A stretch of DNA of 64,000 nt from Eubacteriales bacterium (lineage in GTDB: Bacteria > Bacillota > Clostridia > Oscillospirales > CAG-382), in assembly GCA_045532035.1 (NCBI GenBank), contig JAZSFD010000107.1:383-64382 (forward strand), written 5' to 3'. Under the pieces are notes generated by a model that did no database searches, was not told where the DNA came from, and saw only the letters and a list, made by a program, of their open reading frames with translations. Of this stretch, positions 63,750 to 64,000 are shown piece by piece. The number at the start of each line of letters is the position of its first letter. Within the stretch, counting starts at the first letter, position 1. A program made the translations under genes and the position numbers.

Positions 63750-64000
63750 TTATTCTTCTGTGTCAAAAAGTGAGGGGAGAGAGGCTTTGTCCCGGTTTTT
63801 TGTTTTCATACCGTCTTCAAAGGGAATGCCGAGATGTTCGTAAGCTCTGACAGTTGCGCAACGACCTCTGGGGGTTCTGTTGAGAAAGCCCAGCTGGAGA
63901 AGATAGGGCTCGTAAACATCCTCAAGGGTCACGGCTTCTTCTCCGATGGTCGCGGAAAGTGTTTCAAGACCGACAGGTCCTCCGCCGAAAAATTTGATGA
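63750..64000 (-). CDS. ruvB: Holliday junction branch migration helicase RuvB, C-terminal part (the gene continues beyond the window)
   Basis: [51 protein letters not shown] matches the conserved RuvB winged-helix C-terminus. The frame is open to nt 64000. Confidence 0.85.
   Translation of the reverse strand, partial: IKFFGGGPVGLETLSATIGEEAVTLEDVYEPYLLQLGFLNRTPRGRCATVRAYEHLGIPFEDGMKTKNRDKASLPSLFDTEE

Noticed and set aside
1-64000. CRISPR arrays, tRNA/rRNA genes, transposases, integrases and prophage genes
   Set aside because: I found no regularly spaced 25-40-nt direct repeats, no cloverleaf-like or rRNA-like segments in the intergenic regions, and no ORF with DDE, tyrosine/serine recombinase or phage structural motifs. 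I cannot exclude small ncRNAs.

Overview
64-kb chromosomal window from a spore-forming Firmicute. It looks Clostridia-like: SpoVT, an SLH surface protein, yybS-gdpP-rplI-dnaB-tilS-ftsH synteny and AGGAGG-type RBSs. I support about 36 protein-coding genes, two of them frameshifted. I recognised no rRNA, tRNA, CRISPR array, transposase or integrase. The flanks are housekeeping genes (hflX, uvrA, spoVT on the left; ftsH to ruvB on the right) and AraC-controlled carbohydrate modules (melA, kdgK-eda, galE). These modules include three glycyl-radical-enzyme (GRE) loci, one of them decayed. The centre (about 16.7-39.5 kb) is an accessory block that resembles a defence island. (i) A ~17-kb minus-strand operon with its own consensus promoter encodes six proteins: a secreted, membrane-anchored vWA/MIDAS protein (1272 aa); a 1277-aa tubulin/FtsZ-like GTPase (GGSGG and AGGTGSG motifs); a 731-aa membrane protein; an 1811-aa polytopic giant ending in a transglutaminase-like Cys-His-Asp domain; a DUF4062 protein; and probably an IMPase-family phosphatase. 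(ii) Directly upstream is a separate operon encoding TIR-TIR, TIR-V4R and an asparaginase-like protein. (iii) Convergent with the big operon is a TIR-Sel1-TPR protein. The vWA / tubulin-like / transglutaminase / DUF4062 operon with its TIR satellites is my best candidate for an undescribed system. All domain calls come from reading motifs by eye. No database searches or computations were run.
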